DNA from: Vicugna vicugna
Lineage: Eukaryota
DNA length: 64,000 bases
Direction of reading: 5' to 3'
Assembly: GCA_013265495.1 (NCBI GenBank)
Contig: MU061578.1
Coordinates: 1,063,308-1,127,307 of the forward strand
Numbering within the stretch: the stretch's first letter is position 1; every line of letters begins with the position of its first letter. The translations under genes and the position numbers were made by a program. Positions 24,332-35,383 of this stretch are shown here, one piece after another. The notes beneath the pieces were generated by a model. It was not told the DNA's origin, made no database searches, and worked only from the letters and a program-made list of their open reading frames with translations.

Positions 24332-24374
24332 GGAAGCTCTAGGATTATAGCTTTGCCAAATATGGAAAGTTACA

Positions 24375-24545
24375 TTAGTGGAAAGGCTCCTTGGTCTAAA
24401 GTCAGAGAATTGAGCTCAAATCCCTGATTAGACACTTACTCTTACGTAACTTTAGCATAAAATGACTTAATTTCATCGAAAATGGAAATAAGAATAGCTA
24501 ACCTAAATACCTCTTGAGTTTGCTATGTGACCCAAATTAAAGAAA
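24375..24545 (+). mobile_element. MIR
   Basis: tagtggaaaggctccttggtctaaagtcagagaattgagctcaaatccc...cacttact...aatggaaataagaata. Confidence 0.7.
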
Positions 24546-24599
24546 GGATCTTAATGGAAAAGGTTAGTTCTGAAACAAGTTCATCAGTGAGCAGCATGG

Positions 24600-24850
24600 G
24601 TAACTAGAGAGCTCGCACCACGCCCGAGGTGTTTACCAACTACCAAAGACCAACAGATGCCTGTGATGTTGGCTGACCGCCCTGTTCTGCCAGATCTTCT
24701 GATTTCTAATAAGAAACCAGAAATCTAAATGTCTGTGAACATATTCCTGATTTTTCAAAGTTGGCACAACGTTCAAATTTGAATCAGCTGAAAGGCAACA
24801 AAGGACAAAAATCCCTGGCTTTCAGACTGAGACCCAGTGCACAACCTTTC
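24600..24850 (+). mobile_element. MER102-like hAT MITE remnant
   Basis: gccagatcttctgatttctaataagaaaccagaaatct...ctgatttttcaaagttggca. Confidence 0.6.
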
Positions 24851-26299
24851 CTTGCAAGTAGCAAACATGGAATGGTGGATGAACATGTTTTCCAGTTAGC
24901 TTATGAGTTCCATTTCCACTTACTTTCAAGTCAATAGAGAGAGGCGTTGAAATTTCAAATTTCAAATGAATGGATGAAGCAATAAAAAAAAAGAAAGAAA
25001 TTTTTCAAGGAAGAACCAGTGCCTTCCTCCTTCTTGGTTGAGAAAGGGAACGTGTCAGCTGAGGGAGGCTGATGTGGGGTTCTAGGAGATGAGTGGCCCC
25101 CAAAATGAAAAAATGCATGAGGAGTTGCCATACTGCCGGACAGACTTCAGCAGCAGACACCATGGAGTTAACAACACTTTATTCTGTTGCCATAGGGAGG
25201 TGTGCGTCTATGATGCACCTGTCCTGCTTTTATCTGTTCTCTGTCAGCACATGCGCAATCTGGGTGTTTTTGTTCATTAGGCTTACAGAATATGTCTAGC
25301 ACATGTGTACTTCTATTTTTTTTGTTCTAAACCTTATGTAATTGACACATGTGTACAGCAATTATTTACTGCATACTACAAACATGCTCTGATCACGGCC
25401 TTGGGCCCCACAGCCTTAACTCATCTCAAGGCCAGCTCACAGAACTTCTCATATCTGGCCTCTGAGCTGGCCAATAAGGCCCTTCTCTTCCTGTTCTGAA
25501 TTCTAAATTCAATAGCCTTGTCTCTAATATCCTAAAACACACCATCCTTCTCCATTTTACTTCTCACCACCCAATATTGTAGGGATTTTGTGTTTTCCTT
25601 GAAGAGACTCTTTCAGAATCACTCAATGCCCCCAGGTTCCTTAAAGGAAGGAGACTAGCTGGGAGAACTCAACCTCTTGAAGCTTGATTCTTCGGCAGAA
25701 TAACATAAAAGATGACACCCAGCGTGATCCTTTCCGGTAAATGCTTTCAAATACAAATGCCCTGAGTGTATAAAAATTCTGAGAAACACAGTACAATGTT
25801 CTTCAACAGTCAACTGGTAAAATGTGTTCACCTAAATGTATTCTGAGTTGGCTGAATTCGGACCCAAGTGCCTGGGGTATAGAATCTGAGTCTTTGTCTT
25901 TCAGGCAGTTGACTGTCTTGGAGGGAGGTGGTAAAAGCTAATTAAACAGAAGAAAATGTAAGTATAATCACAGAAGCTGGGGCAGGAGCTTAGGGAATAA
26001 AACAGCTAAGTTGAGCCACTCAATGAGGAAAGATTTGACTAAGAGGACACCCATGAATAAAATTGGTTTTAGAACTTTTCATCATCATATTGATATTCAT
26101 GGCCATCAAAATACCATAAATAGAAGCATCCTGATTTCCTGGATGATTCTGTAGCTTTGCACCCTAGTAGCCAATCTACTAACATCTGCTAAGTGAAACT
26201 GTGCTTTCTATTACCACTCAGAAACATCACATTTGAATTTTAAAAATTAAACATAGGTACACATTCTCAAAAAAACAAAAACAAAAACAAAGACACGAA

Positions 26300-26870
26300 G
26301 AGAATTTTCCCAGAAGAAAAAACATGATTGGTCCAAGAACACAAGGAGGAAAAAAAAAAGGTAAACTTTAATAGTTACAAAATAAATGTAAAACGAATAG
26401 GTTCTGTATTTCACCAAAGTAGCAATTGGAAGGACTTTTATAATGCTTCTCTTCATTATTAAAGGAGATTTGGGAAAAGAGTCTTTCTGAAACACTACTG
26501 TTGAGAGTGTAAATTGGTTTAACCTTTTGAAAAGATAATTTAACAATGTGTATCAAAAGGCTTAAACATTTGCATAACCTTTATTCAAGTATTTCCACTT
26601 GTAAGGACTGATTCCACGGAAAGTCTTGGTTGTGATTAAGATCTAGACACACTACTGTCCGTAAGTGTCCATTTATTAGAAAACCAGACATAACACAAGA
26701 GCTTAGCAATTGGGGAAAAAACAAGATCTGGTACCCATTCAGTGGTTTACCCTTCAGCCTTTACGTTCCTCCAACAGTCCTGTTTTTATAGAAAGAAGCT
26801 TTATGAAGAACAAACTTTTTCACAATATACAGTTAGGCTAAAAAATTGCATACATATGCACAGTTGAGAT
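26300..26870 (+). mobile_element. Old L1M ORF2 C-terminal/3' UTR remnant; 3' end probably continues at ~27540-27790
   Basis: cactactgttgagagtgtaaattggtttaaccttttgaaaagataatttaacaatgtgtatcaaaa...tttccacttgtaagga. Confidence 0.7.
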
Positions 26871-28723
26871 ACAATGTGTGGGGCAGTGGGAGGAGGAAAG
26901 AGAGAGGAACTCAGATGCCAGCTGGAGAAATCCCTTCACCTTGGGGATGTAGTTAAAACTGACTCAAAGCTCTGATTTCTGTGGCCTCTGGGAGTCTCAA
27001 GACCTTCACAGGTATCTGCAAATTCCCAAGTGACATCTGTTCCTTTTGCCTTCTGTGCCCTCTAACACCCGCCTATCATATTTATTATCTCTCTACTGCA
27101 CCATTTTCAGGATCTATCAAAAAATAAAGACAGGAAGCAAAGGAAAAGGAAGTAAAGGGAAGAAAAAAGAGGAATGGAAACAGACCCACCCCTGCAAAAC
27201 ATTTGGGAGGTTTGGAGTCTCAGGAGAAGGTTGTACATAACCTTCAGCGGTGTGTCTTCCTCAGCTTCCATTTAATTCCTCCAGTTCAATTCCATCCTCT
27301 CCCACCTCTCTCCCCATCTCCCCATCTCATCAGTCCACCTCCTGGAACTCTATGTTTCCATCCTTCTATTTTACAGAGCACTGCGCTCTCTGGCTCCCAC
27401 TCCCAAACTTGCAAAATCAATCCTATCCAGGATTCCACAGACAAAGGGCCTTTCTCTGAACAGGATGGAGTCCTCCTCCTCTTCTGGAGGTAGCTATGCA
27501 TAGCAACTCTGCCTTGTTCCATATAGGTAGATGAGACATACACATTTTAAATAGATGATAACAGAGCTGTTACTCACAAAGACCATCATCATAAATAGCG
27601 TTTTTCCTGGTACATCTATATCTAGTTATACAGGAAAGTAAATGAACTATAATGTTAACTCACATAATCTCTGGATGGTGAAAGCCAGGTGGTTCTAATT
27701 TTCTTCTTTGTGCCTATCTACAGTATCCAGATTTTCCATAAGACATGGGTATTACTTTTGTAAGAGGAGAGGGAGTTAAAAGCAAGCTACTTCTCCATAA
27801 AGAGGAAATTCGTGGTTCTGGAGGGAAGGATGGATCATGGCGGAGATGACAGGAAATCACTGATGATGGCTGGAATTGAGGAACGTTGTTTCTAACTCAG
27901 CCAACTAAGCCAGCAAGTATAAGCGTGGAAGTCCCTGTTAAGCCAGACCGCCTTTTCTCCCAAGGCTGGGAAGATGTGGACAGGTTCAGCTAGAAGATGC
28001 TGATCAAAAGTATTATGATGCCCACAAAGAGCTTCCTACAGAGAAGTGTAAATAACTGTGAAGAGTCACGAATGCAGGCCTTTATGAGAAGGGACGGGAG
28101 GCAGCAGTGGGTAGGAGCGGGTGCATAGATTTGGGGAATCATTCGTGTGCCAGACACCATTTTAAAGTTTTGCAGATCTTATTTCTGATGGCCAGAAGGA
28201 CCCTTTGACAAAACTAGCATTATCACCAAATGACAGATGAAGAAACCAAGGCTCAAAATGGAGAGCTCATCTCTCTCTAATTTGTTTGCCTTTTTCTTTC
28301 CAGACCACTTTCCCAAATCAGAAGTTGTTCTTCCTTTAAGAAACATATTCTAAAAATACCTAAACAGACAGCCCCAAGCTTGCCCCCTGGAATTAAGGCA
28401 AACAATAACCTGAATTTAGAGAGGCTATGTTTACCATATTCAATGGCAACTGAATTGAGAGATTCATAATAATAAACAGTCAATAATGTGTTCCCCAAGT
28501 CATGAAATTGCTGTGTCAGGATATACATTCATTAAAGCATGACTCATGAGCTTACAGCTGTTTTAACAGAAAACTATTTTTTAGGCTCAGATAATACTGA
28601 AAGTGTCATGCATTTGATTTTATAGGAAGGCAATGCTATTATTATTAATAATAATTTCAACTAATAGTTATGAGCATCTATTAATGTACCTAGCACATTA
28701 AGCTCATTATATTGTTCAACCTT

Positions 28724-29149
28724 TGGTTTATGGTGGAAATATTCACTCTTGCCCCAGCTCCAGAATGTACTTCCCCACCCCTTGTCTGTGGGTGTGTCTG
28801 TGTGACTAGCTTTGTTTGGCTAAGTATGTTAGCTGGTGGCCAGTGTGAAGTGGCCAAAGGTTTGAAAGTGCTTGTATGATGGGGCTTGTTCTCATATGCT
28901 TCTCCCATCATCATGAGAACATCACTGAGCTGGCCTACTGCTCCCAGGAGGAGGTGTGAGACACATGGACCAGAGCGCTTCCCAAGCTGAGCCCCTTAGA
29001 TAAGTAGCCGCTAGCTCATCTGCAGACACAAGACTGAGTCTAGCCTAAACCAAAGTACCCGTGTATTCCAGACACAGGAGCTAAATAAGTGCTTACTGTT
29101 GCCTGACAATTAGACTTGGTGACTGCGAGGTAGCAATAGCAAAAGAACA
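28724..29149 (+). mobile_element. MLT1I-like solo LTR, inserted in a reverse MIR (~28660-28720 and ~29150-29280)
   Basis: tgtacttccccaccc...gtgactagcttt...tttgaaagtgcttg...catgagaacat...gagacacatggaccagagc...aaataagtgcttactgttg...gtagcaatagcaaaagaaca. Confidence 0.75.
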
Positions 29150-29329
29150 CACACAGCCTCCTAATGAGGGAGGCATTGTTCTCATTCTTAGTTTAAAATA
29201 AGAAAACCGAATTTTGGGGAGGTTATGTAACTTGCACATCTACTGGGTGGCAGAACTGGAGTTCTGGTTGGACTCTAAAATAAAGCCTCCCTGCTGAAGC
29301 CCACTTTGATTAATCAGAGAGCTGGCCAT

Positions 29330-29880
29330 TGAACCCAATATTTAATAAGCACACGCTGTGTTAGGCACTGTCCATGGTGCTGAGAATACAGCAGTCGGCA
29401 CAACAAAAATCCATGAACTTCAAGGATTGTACTTTACCAGGAAGGACAGAAAAGGGGCCACTGAATTAAGCCTGAGTGAAAAGAAAGAAGCAGGTGACCA
29501 TACAAGCTGACTGTAAGCAGCTGAGCAAGAACAAAGGCCCTAAGAGGGGAATGGGCTTGGTAGGTTTATGGAAAAGGAAGGGGACCACAGTGGTGGGTGT
29601 ACAGTTACATGGGGGATAGCATAGAGAGACAAGATCAAGGATCAGATGACACAGAGCCTGAGGGCATTAAAATGGAGTCTTGATTCAATTCTGGTTACAA
29701 TGGGAAGCCACCAGAAAATTGCAGGTACAAGAAAAAAATATTTGGGTTGTCATTTCAGAGCAATGGCCATGGCTGCTTTGCTGCGGGGAGACTCTAGGGA
29801 GCGAGACTGGAGACGGGGAGACCAGGGAGGGGGCTGTTGGAAGCGTCCAGGTGGGAGATAGTTGGACTGGGTAGGGTGGT
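29330..29880 (-). mobile_element. L2 3' region
   Basis: aatatttaataagcacacgctgtgttaggcactgtccatggtgctgagaatacagcagt...caatgggaagcca...ggagaccagggagggggctgttg. Confidence 0.8.
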
Positions 29881-29949
29881 GTCTATGGAGAATCTGAGGA
29901 CAGTTTCCAAATTGTGTCTCAAATTCGAAAGCAGTCCTAACTTCCCTAA

Positions 29950-30380
29950 TTCTAAAATAGACTTGGCTTCAGTATGCCTGAGCAAAAACATTTACCAGTT
30001 TAGGGACCAAACTAAATTGTGAAAAATCTCTCAAAATATTTGCTTAGAGTAAAAAGTAAAAACACACTGAGCAGTTGTGAATTAGTCATTCGCCTAAGGT
30101 GGGTGATAATTTATGCTGCACTTGTAGCCGAAAAAGAAATTTACATTTACACTCAAACTTATACTTTTTTTTTTAAATCCAGGGATGGGCTAATTGTGTT
30201 TGCTGAATTGTTTCAAGTTGCAATGGGCTTGGAGAATTGAGTATCAATTTGCAAGGCTATAGGGATTAAATTAGATAAACCCAAAGGGAAAGTAATTGGT
30301 AAATTGGGAAGTGTTGCATGAGTGTATGAAGTATTGTCTAAGGCACTATGAAAGATTAATGGACAGTCAACTTGAAGTTA
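29950..30380. promoter_or_regulatory. Candidate conserved non-coding element/enhancer
   Basis: Repeat-free AT-rich block with clustered TAATTG, GGATTA, TAATGG and TGTTTGC motifs; conservation not tested. Confidence 0.35.
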
Positions 30381-30565
30381 AAAAAAAAACACCAACTTAA
30401 TTTTGATCCTGAGTATCCTTAAGCCAGCAAACAAACATCTTTTAACAGACAAACTCAAGCAAAAGACTATACACACTTCTCTACTTGCTTGAGCCTTGGT
30501 CTAGCACCCCAAAAGATAAACGCTCTAGCTCTGAGAAAAATTACAAAGGCCAGATTTTTAATACT

Positions 30566-30591
30566 TCTCTCTCTCTCTCTCTCTCTCTCTC
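30566..30591. repeat. (CT)n microsatellite
   Basis: Direct reading. Confidence 0.95.
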
Positions 30592-30639
30592 ACTTTTTGG
30601 GTGTGAGAACATGTTTTTCAAAACATAATGTTCTCTCCT

Positions 30640-31103
30640 GGTCTCCAACCAGTGACCCAAAGAGCAGAATGATCCTCCACACCCATGTTTTGTTTGCCCC
30701 CAGTAAGGTATAAAGAGTTACATTAGAAGTCAAATTTTTAAATGGAGAGATTTTTATGTAAAAAAAAATCCACATATTTTTAGACTCTCTTTTTAAAAAA
30801 AAATCAGAAAATCTGGTGTATTCTTGTGCCAGAACGTGCCCTGGAGCTGAGCAGCAGCTGCCAGTGTTAGATGAGCTTGAGTTTTCCTCTCTGCCACTGT
30901 CCCTATCACTCCCTCCTGTGTCCCTAACGTGAAGGGTCGGTGGCCAGTTAGCTTCCCATGTGATACAGCATTTTTCTTATTGTAGAGGAATCTCTATTCT
31001 TACCCCTATCATGATCAGAAGGAGGAACATGGAAACTAGCCTGGGACATATCCTTTATACCCCAACCTGCCTCCTGCAGGTCTAATCACTTCCCAGCTCC
31101 TGA
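30640..31103 (-). mobile_element. MER102-like hAT MITE
   Basis: aaaaatcagaaaatctgg...cctggagctgagcagcagctgcc...gccactgtccctatcactccct...acctgcctcctgcagg. Confidence 0.6.
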
Positions 31104-31752
31104 TCTTTCCACAATCCGTGAAATTAGAGGACAGCGAGTGAGAAGTAGAGGGGACCCAGGACAACAAGCCAGAGATTTACAGGCATAAGCAGTGGCACAG
31201 GTTGAATATTCACTGTAAGTGGAGCTCTAGGCCAACCCCCATTGCCTCCTGATTAAAGTGCCTGTTCTCCAGCAGCATCACAACCGAAAGTGGCTGCTGG
31301 CTCTGACTGCAGTGGAAGCTTGCCAAAAAAACACTCCCACTTAAGAAAATGGAATATGATTTTGCAAAGGGGATGGCCAAACTTGATCTCAGTCTGACAA
31401 GGGATAACAGAGATGTGTGCTGAATTGGCTCGCTCAGGGAAGAGGACCAGCCTGGCTTGGGAAGTTGCATCTTCAGGATTTGAAGAAGTTTGAGCACCAG
31501 CACCTTTGCAAGTCAAGACAATTGTAAAGACTAAAGCGTAGTTAATACAAACCATTCGGGGTTTTAATTCTTTTTGGATATTTTGGCAGTTTCCTAGAAC
31601 ATATTCTGGAAAAGAGATGCAAGACACATTTCCACTAAAGTGTATCCACTTCTACATTTTTTTCCCTATGGAGACACCCATTGATGACAATATTACTGTC
31701 CAAAGTTGAGCCAGAGAATGACCCACAAAACAGAAAAAAGAGTTTTAATATA

Positions 31753-32179
31753 CAGTCATCCCTCGGCGACATTGTGGGTTTGGTTCCAGTCCACTGAAAT
31801 AAAGCAAGTCACAAGAATTTTTTGGTTTCCCAGTGCACATAGAAGTTATGTTTACACTATACTGTTGTTTATTAAGTGTGTAATAACTTTGTCTCTAAAA
31901 GTACAATGTGCATATCTTAATTAAAAATGCTTCATTGCTAAAAATTGATAACCATCATCTCAGTCTTCAGCAAGTCATAATCTTTTTGCTGCTGGAGGGT
32001 TTAAAACATTGTGAGAATTACCAAAATGTGGGACAGAGGCACGAAGTGAGCAAATGTTTTTGGAAAATTGGCCCCCATAGACTTGCTTGACATTCGATTG
32101 CCACAAACCTTCAATTTGTACAAAACACAATATCTGTGAAGCACAATAAAGAAAAGTATAATAAAACGAGGTCTGCTTG
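31753..32179 (-). mobile_element. Non-autonomous Tigger1 deletion derivative, second type
   Basis: ta|cagtcatccctcggcgacattgtgggtttggttccag...ttgccacaaaccttcaatttgta...aataaaacgaggtctgcttg. Confidence 0.9.
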
Positions 32180-32189
32180 TTTACTGATT

Positions 32190-32360
32190 ATTTTTAATCT
32201 TGTTGAGAACACAAAGACCACTTTGAGACACTGATTTAAAAGCTATAAACATTCTGTACAAGGGGAGGGCAAAAAAGCACGTCACACATACAGAGTTTTC
32301 TATGTGACTTCAGAGGTTTGATGGGTCTCTTGATTCTAACATTAGAAATTAAGATCTTTG
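32190..32360. mobile_element. MER103-like hAT remnant
   Basis: agaccactttgagacactgatttaaaagctat...cacacatacagagttttctatgtgacttcagaggttt. Confidence 0.5.
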
Positions 32361-32384
32361 ATGATGCAAAATCCAAGAATATAG

Positions 32385-32610
32385 CATCATTGTTAAGCAT
32401 AAGCAGCAGGGGGTCAGTGGCCTGCAGTCACCTCTGGCTCAGCCACATCCTATGTGAACATTTTAAGCCTCAATTTTCCTCATCTACCAAATAAGGATAA
32501 TGTCCACCCATAACTCATGGGCTTGTTTGGAGGAAAAGTGAGCTGAATTCATACCAAGTGCTGGAATAGTTGCTGGCACGTGGTAAAAGATCAATAAATG
32601 TCCACTGAAC
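32385..32610 (+). mobile_element. MIR
   Basis: agcctcaattttcctcatctaccaaataaggataat...gctggcacgtggtaaaagatcaataaatgt. Confidence 0.75.
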
Positions 32611-33599
32611 ATTCACTTTCTGATTTAATACTGGCTGTGTTACAATTTTAATGAAAACCTTCAAACGTATTTTATATTGGCCTTCCTAACATTTTAAGTT
32701 AATAGCAAAGAGAATAAAGAGAATACATTATTATACTATCTGCTTATTTTAAAAAAAGATTGCCAGAGCTTGACATTCAGAAAATCAAGTCACAAAAGCA
32801 AGAGAAGGAGGAAGAAAATAAAAGAAGGAAGATGAAAGGGATAGAGATTCAGAGCAGAAATGGTCCCACGTGCAGGACAAAAATGGAAAGAAGTACCCCT
32901 TGCACCTGACCAGACCTCCCGCTATCCCACTGGCACGGTCCTTATTCGGCCAAGACAATCAGGTCTGAATCAACAGATCAGCCATTTGGCTGAGATATTC
33001 AGTCAGTTCTATCAGACAACTAGTCAGTCCAACCATACCAGCCATCTGTGTGGCCAAAGCCTCAATCAGAAATCCAGTCCAACTGGTTGATGAATGCAAA
33101 TCAAAAAGTCCTAGTGTTAGAGTGAACTGACTGAGTGCTGAGCATCGTGCAGCTGTCTCTTCTGATAGTTTATCTGGCTTATTCTCAGCCAATGGCCAGG
33201 GAACCTCTGGATGCCCAAGCCATGATGTTATCCAGAGCATCCTACGTCTCTAGCGCATATGTGACTGAGGATGCAGGCTGAGGTCCATCCTATCCATGAA
33301 TTCAGGAAGAGGTACAATGAAAGAGCTAAGATTTCCTGTGCCAGGAAACCCTTCAGCCTATAAGGACAGCCTCTCCTTACATGGGCAGTGGGTTCTAAGG
33401 TAGTCTTTGAAGAAATGTGACAGGATTTGGCCCCTCTTGGGGGAGGAGGGTGCATCAAGGAAAGGATAATAGGAAGCTCTCCAGCATTCCAGTCATTCTT
33501 CTCATGCCTGGACCCTGGGCATGTGTCCCCTTGTCTGCATTTTGACACAACTCTTGTCTGCTTTCTGCCTTTTTCTGCACCATTGTTTGAAATCAATTT

Positions 33600-33720
33600 T
33601 GCAAAATCATCATGATGGCTCTCATTTCATAGATGAGGGAACTAAGGCTCAGAGAGGTCTAGTTATTTGCCCAAGGCTACACAGCCGTCATGTGGCACAG
33701 CCCATTGCATCTGCAGCAAA
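33600..33720 (-). mobile_element. MIR core
   Basis: catttcatagatgagggaactaaggctcagagaggtctagttatttgcccaaggctacacagc. Confidence 0.8.
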
Positions 33721-33959
33721 GCTATCTGCTTTTCCCATGATGACATGCTATGCCTGTTATTGTGTATTTATTTTTCCATCTGTTTTATTCAGTCATTTAT
33801 GTACAATCATGTCCCTGAATTTTTGGTGAGTGTTTTTGTTGGTCCATTGATAAAATACTAATGAAACAATGGTTTCCTTGTGTTAGAGTTCATATATAAT
33901 ATACATGTACATGAGTGAGTGTGTATGTGTATGTATGTGTCTGTGTGTGTAACAGGGAG

Positions 33960-34182
33960 CAGTGGTTCCCAGCACAGGGGGCAATCCCTTCCCTCTGACA
34001 TGTGGCGGTGCCTGAAGGAATTTTTTTTATTGTTAAGACTGGGGTGCGTATGATAATGGTATTTAGTGGGTAGAGGCAAGGATGCTGCTAAACATTCTAT
34101 AATGTGCAAGACAGACCACCCCACCAAAAAAAGAATTTCCAATCTAAAGTATCAATACTTCGTGCTGAGGTTGAGGGATTCT
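33960..34182 (+). mobile_element. MER20 (hAT-Charlie MITE)
   Basis: cagtggttccca...tagtgggtagaggcaaggatgctgctaaacattctataatgtgcaagacag...gtgctgaggttgag. Confidence 0.88.
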
Positions 34183-34184
34183 AA

Positions 34185-34475
34185 ATATATGTACATGCAC
34201 ACATAGATATATACATATTTCTGTATATGTACACTCAGGTATTCATACATATACACATATCATATATATACATATAACCCACAAATATAACTGTATATAT
34301 TATATATACATGAATGTGCATTCATGTACACATGTATTATCTAGCAATATATCTACATCCATCTGTCTAGATCAGGAGAACGAGAGAAGGGAGGAATGTG
34401 GAAATAGATGTGTCAGTATGTGTGTGTGTGTGTGTGTATATATATATTTGTGTTTTTGCACGTATGCATATATAC
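34185..34475. repeat. (TA/CA/TG) low-complexity region
   Basis: Direct reading. Confidence 0.85.
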
Positions 34476-35317
34476 AATTGAAGCTACCCATTGTATCATA
34501 TTTGTCTTCCAGGTGTGGATTTTTTCATAATGCATTCTTACTGAAAACATGACGGAGGTAAAAAGGAGACACAATTTTCCTTTACTGTAACTTCCAGACG
34601 CAACAAAATATTTTAAAGAACATTCTCACAGTGCCCCAACCCAAACCAAATCCATAAAGGCCCATGCTATGAAACAAGTTTTTGCTATGAAATTTTAATA
34701 GCTCTTAAAACATCCTGCCCAGAAACACATTAGTTGTCCTGAATGAACCAAAGGCTTTAATTAAACAACCACATCTAGATATTGGAATGCATAATTTGCC
34801 CAGTGAACTTGAAATTCCCTAATACTACAGGGAATCACATGCTTTTTCCAAGACAGTTCAAGGGGCCAGGAGGTGACTTGATCCCTGCTTGGGCCACATC
34901 CATTACTCAAGCGGAGAGGAATTAAAATAAATACCAGCATTGAAATAAAGGTGCCAGGATTCAGCTAATGAGTATGGAAACTCTGTTGTGATTTATGTTA
35001 GAGGTAGGGCAATACGTTTCTGGATTCTGAATAATCAGTCCTCTAGTGGGTTTCTCATTTTCCAAATGCAACAGTTACTTCTTTCTTGGCTCCCTTAGCC
35101 AGAAATGGCAATCTGATATAAATATTGAAAACTCCACTTCATAATAAAAAACTCTTCTCCAAACCAGACCTTGTGGCTTAATTTTCATCAGAGCCAAAAT
35201 TGACGGTGCTGCACGTTAAGGCAACTGCCAGCAGAGTGTGGAAAAAAAAGTAAAATGTCACATTAAGAACAATGTTTGTGCTTTCCAAAAAAAACTAAAG
35301 TGATATTCATATTGAAG

Positions 35318-35383
35318 GAATGACTTTAAGAAAACAATACACGTGAATGACTTTAAGAAAACAATACACGTAAAGAAAACAAT
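35318..35383. repeat. Perfect 27-bp tandem duplication plus partial third unit
   Basis: gaatgactttaagaaaacaatacacgt at 35318-35344 and 35345-35371, then aagaaaacaat. Confidence 0.95.

Noticed and set aside
35318..35371. 27-bp direct repeats resembling a CRISPR repeat
   Set aside because: Adjacent copies with no spacer, eukaryotic context, no cas genes.
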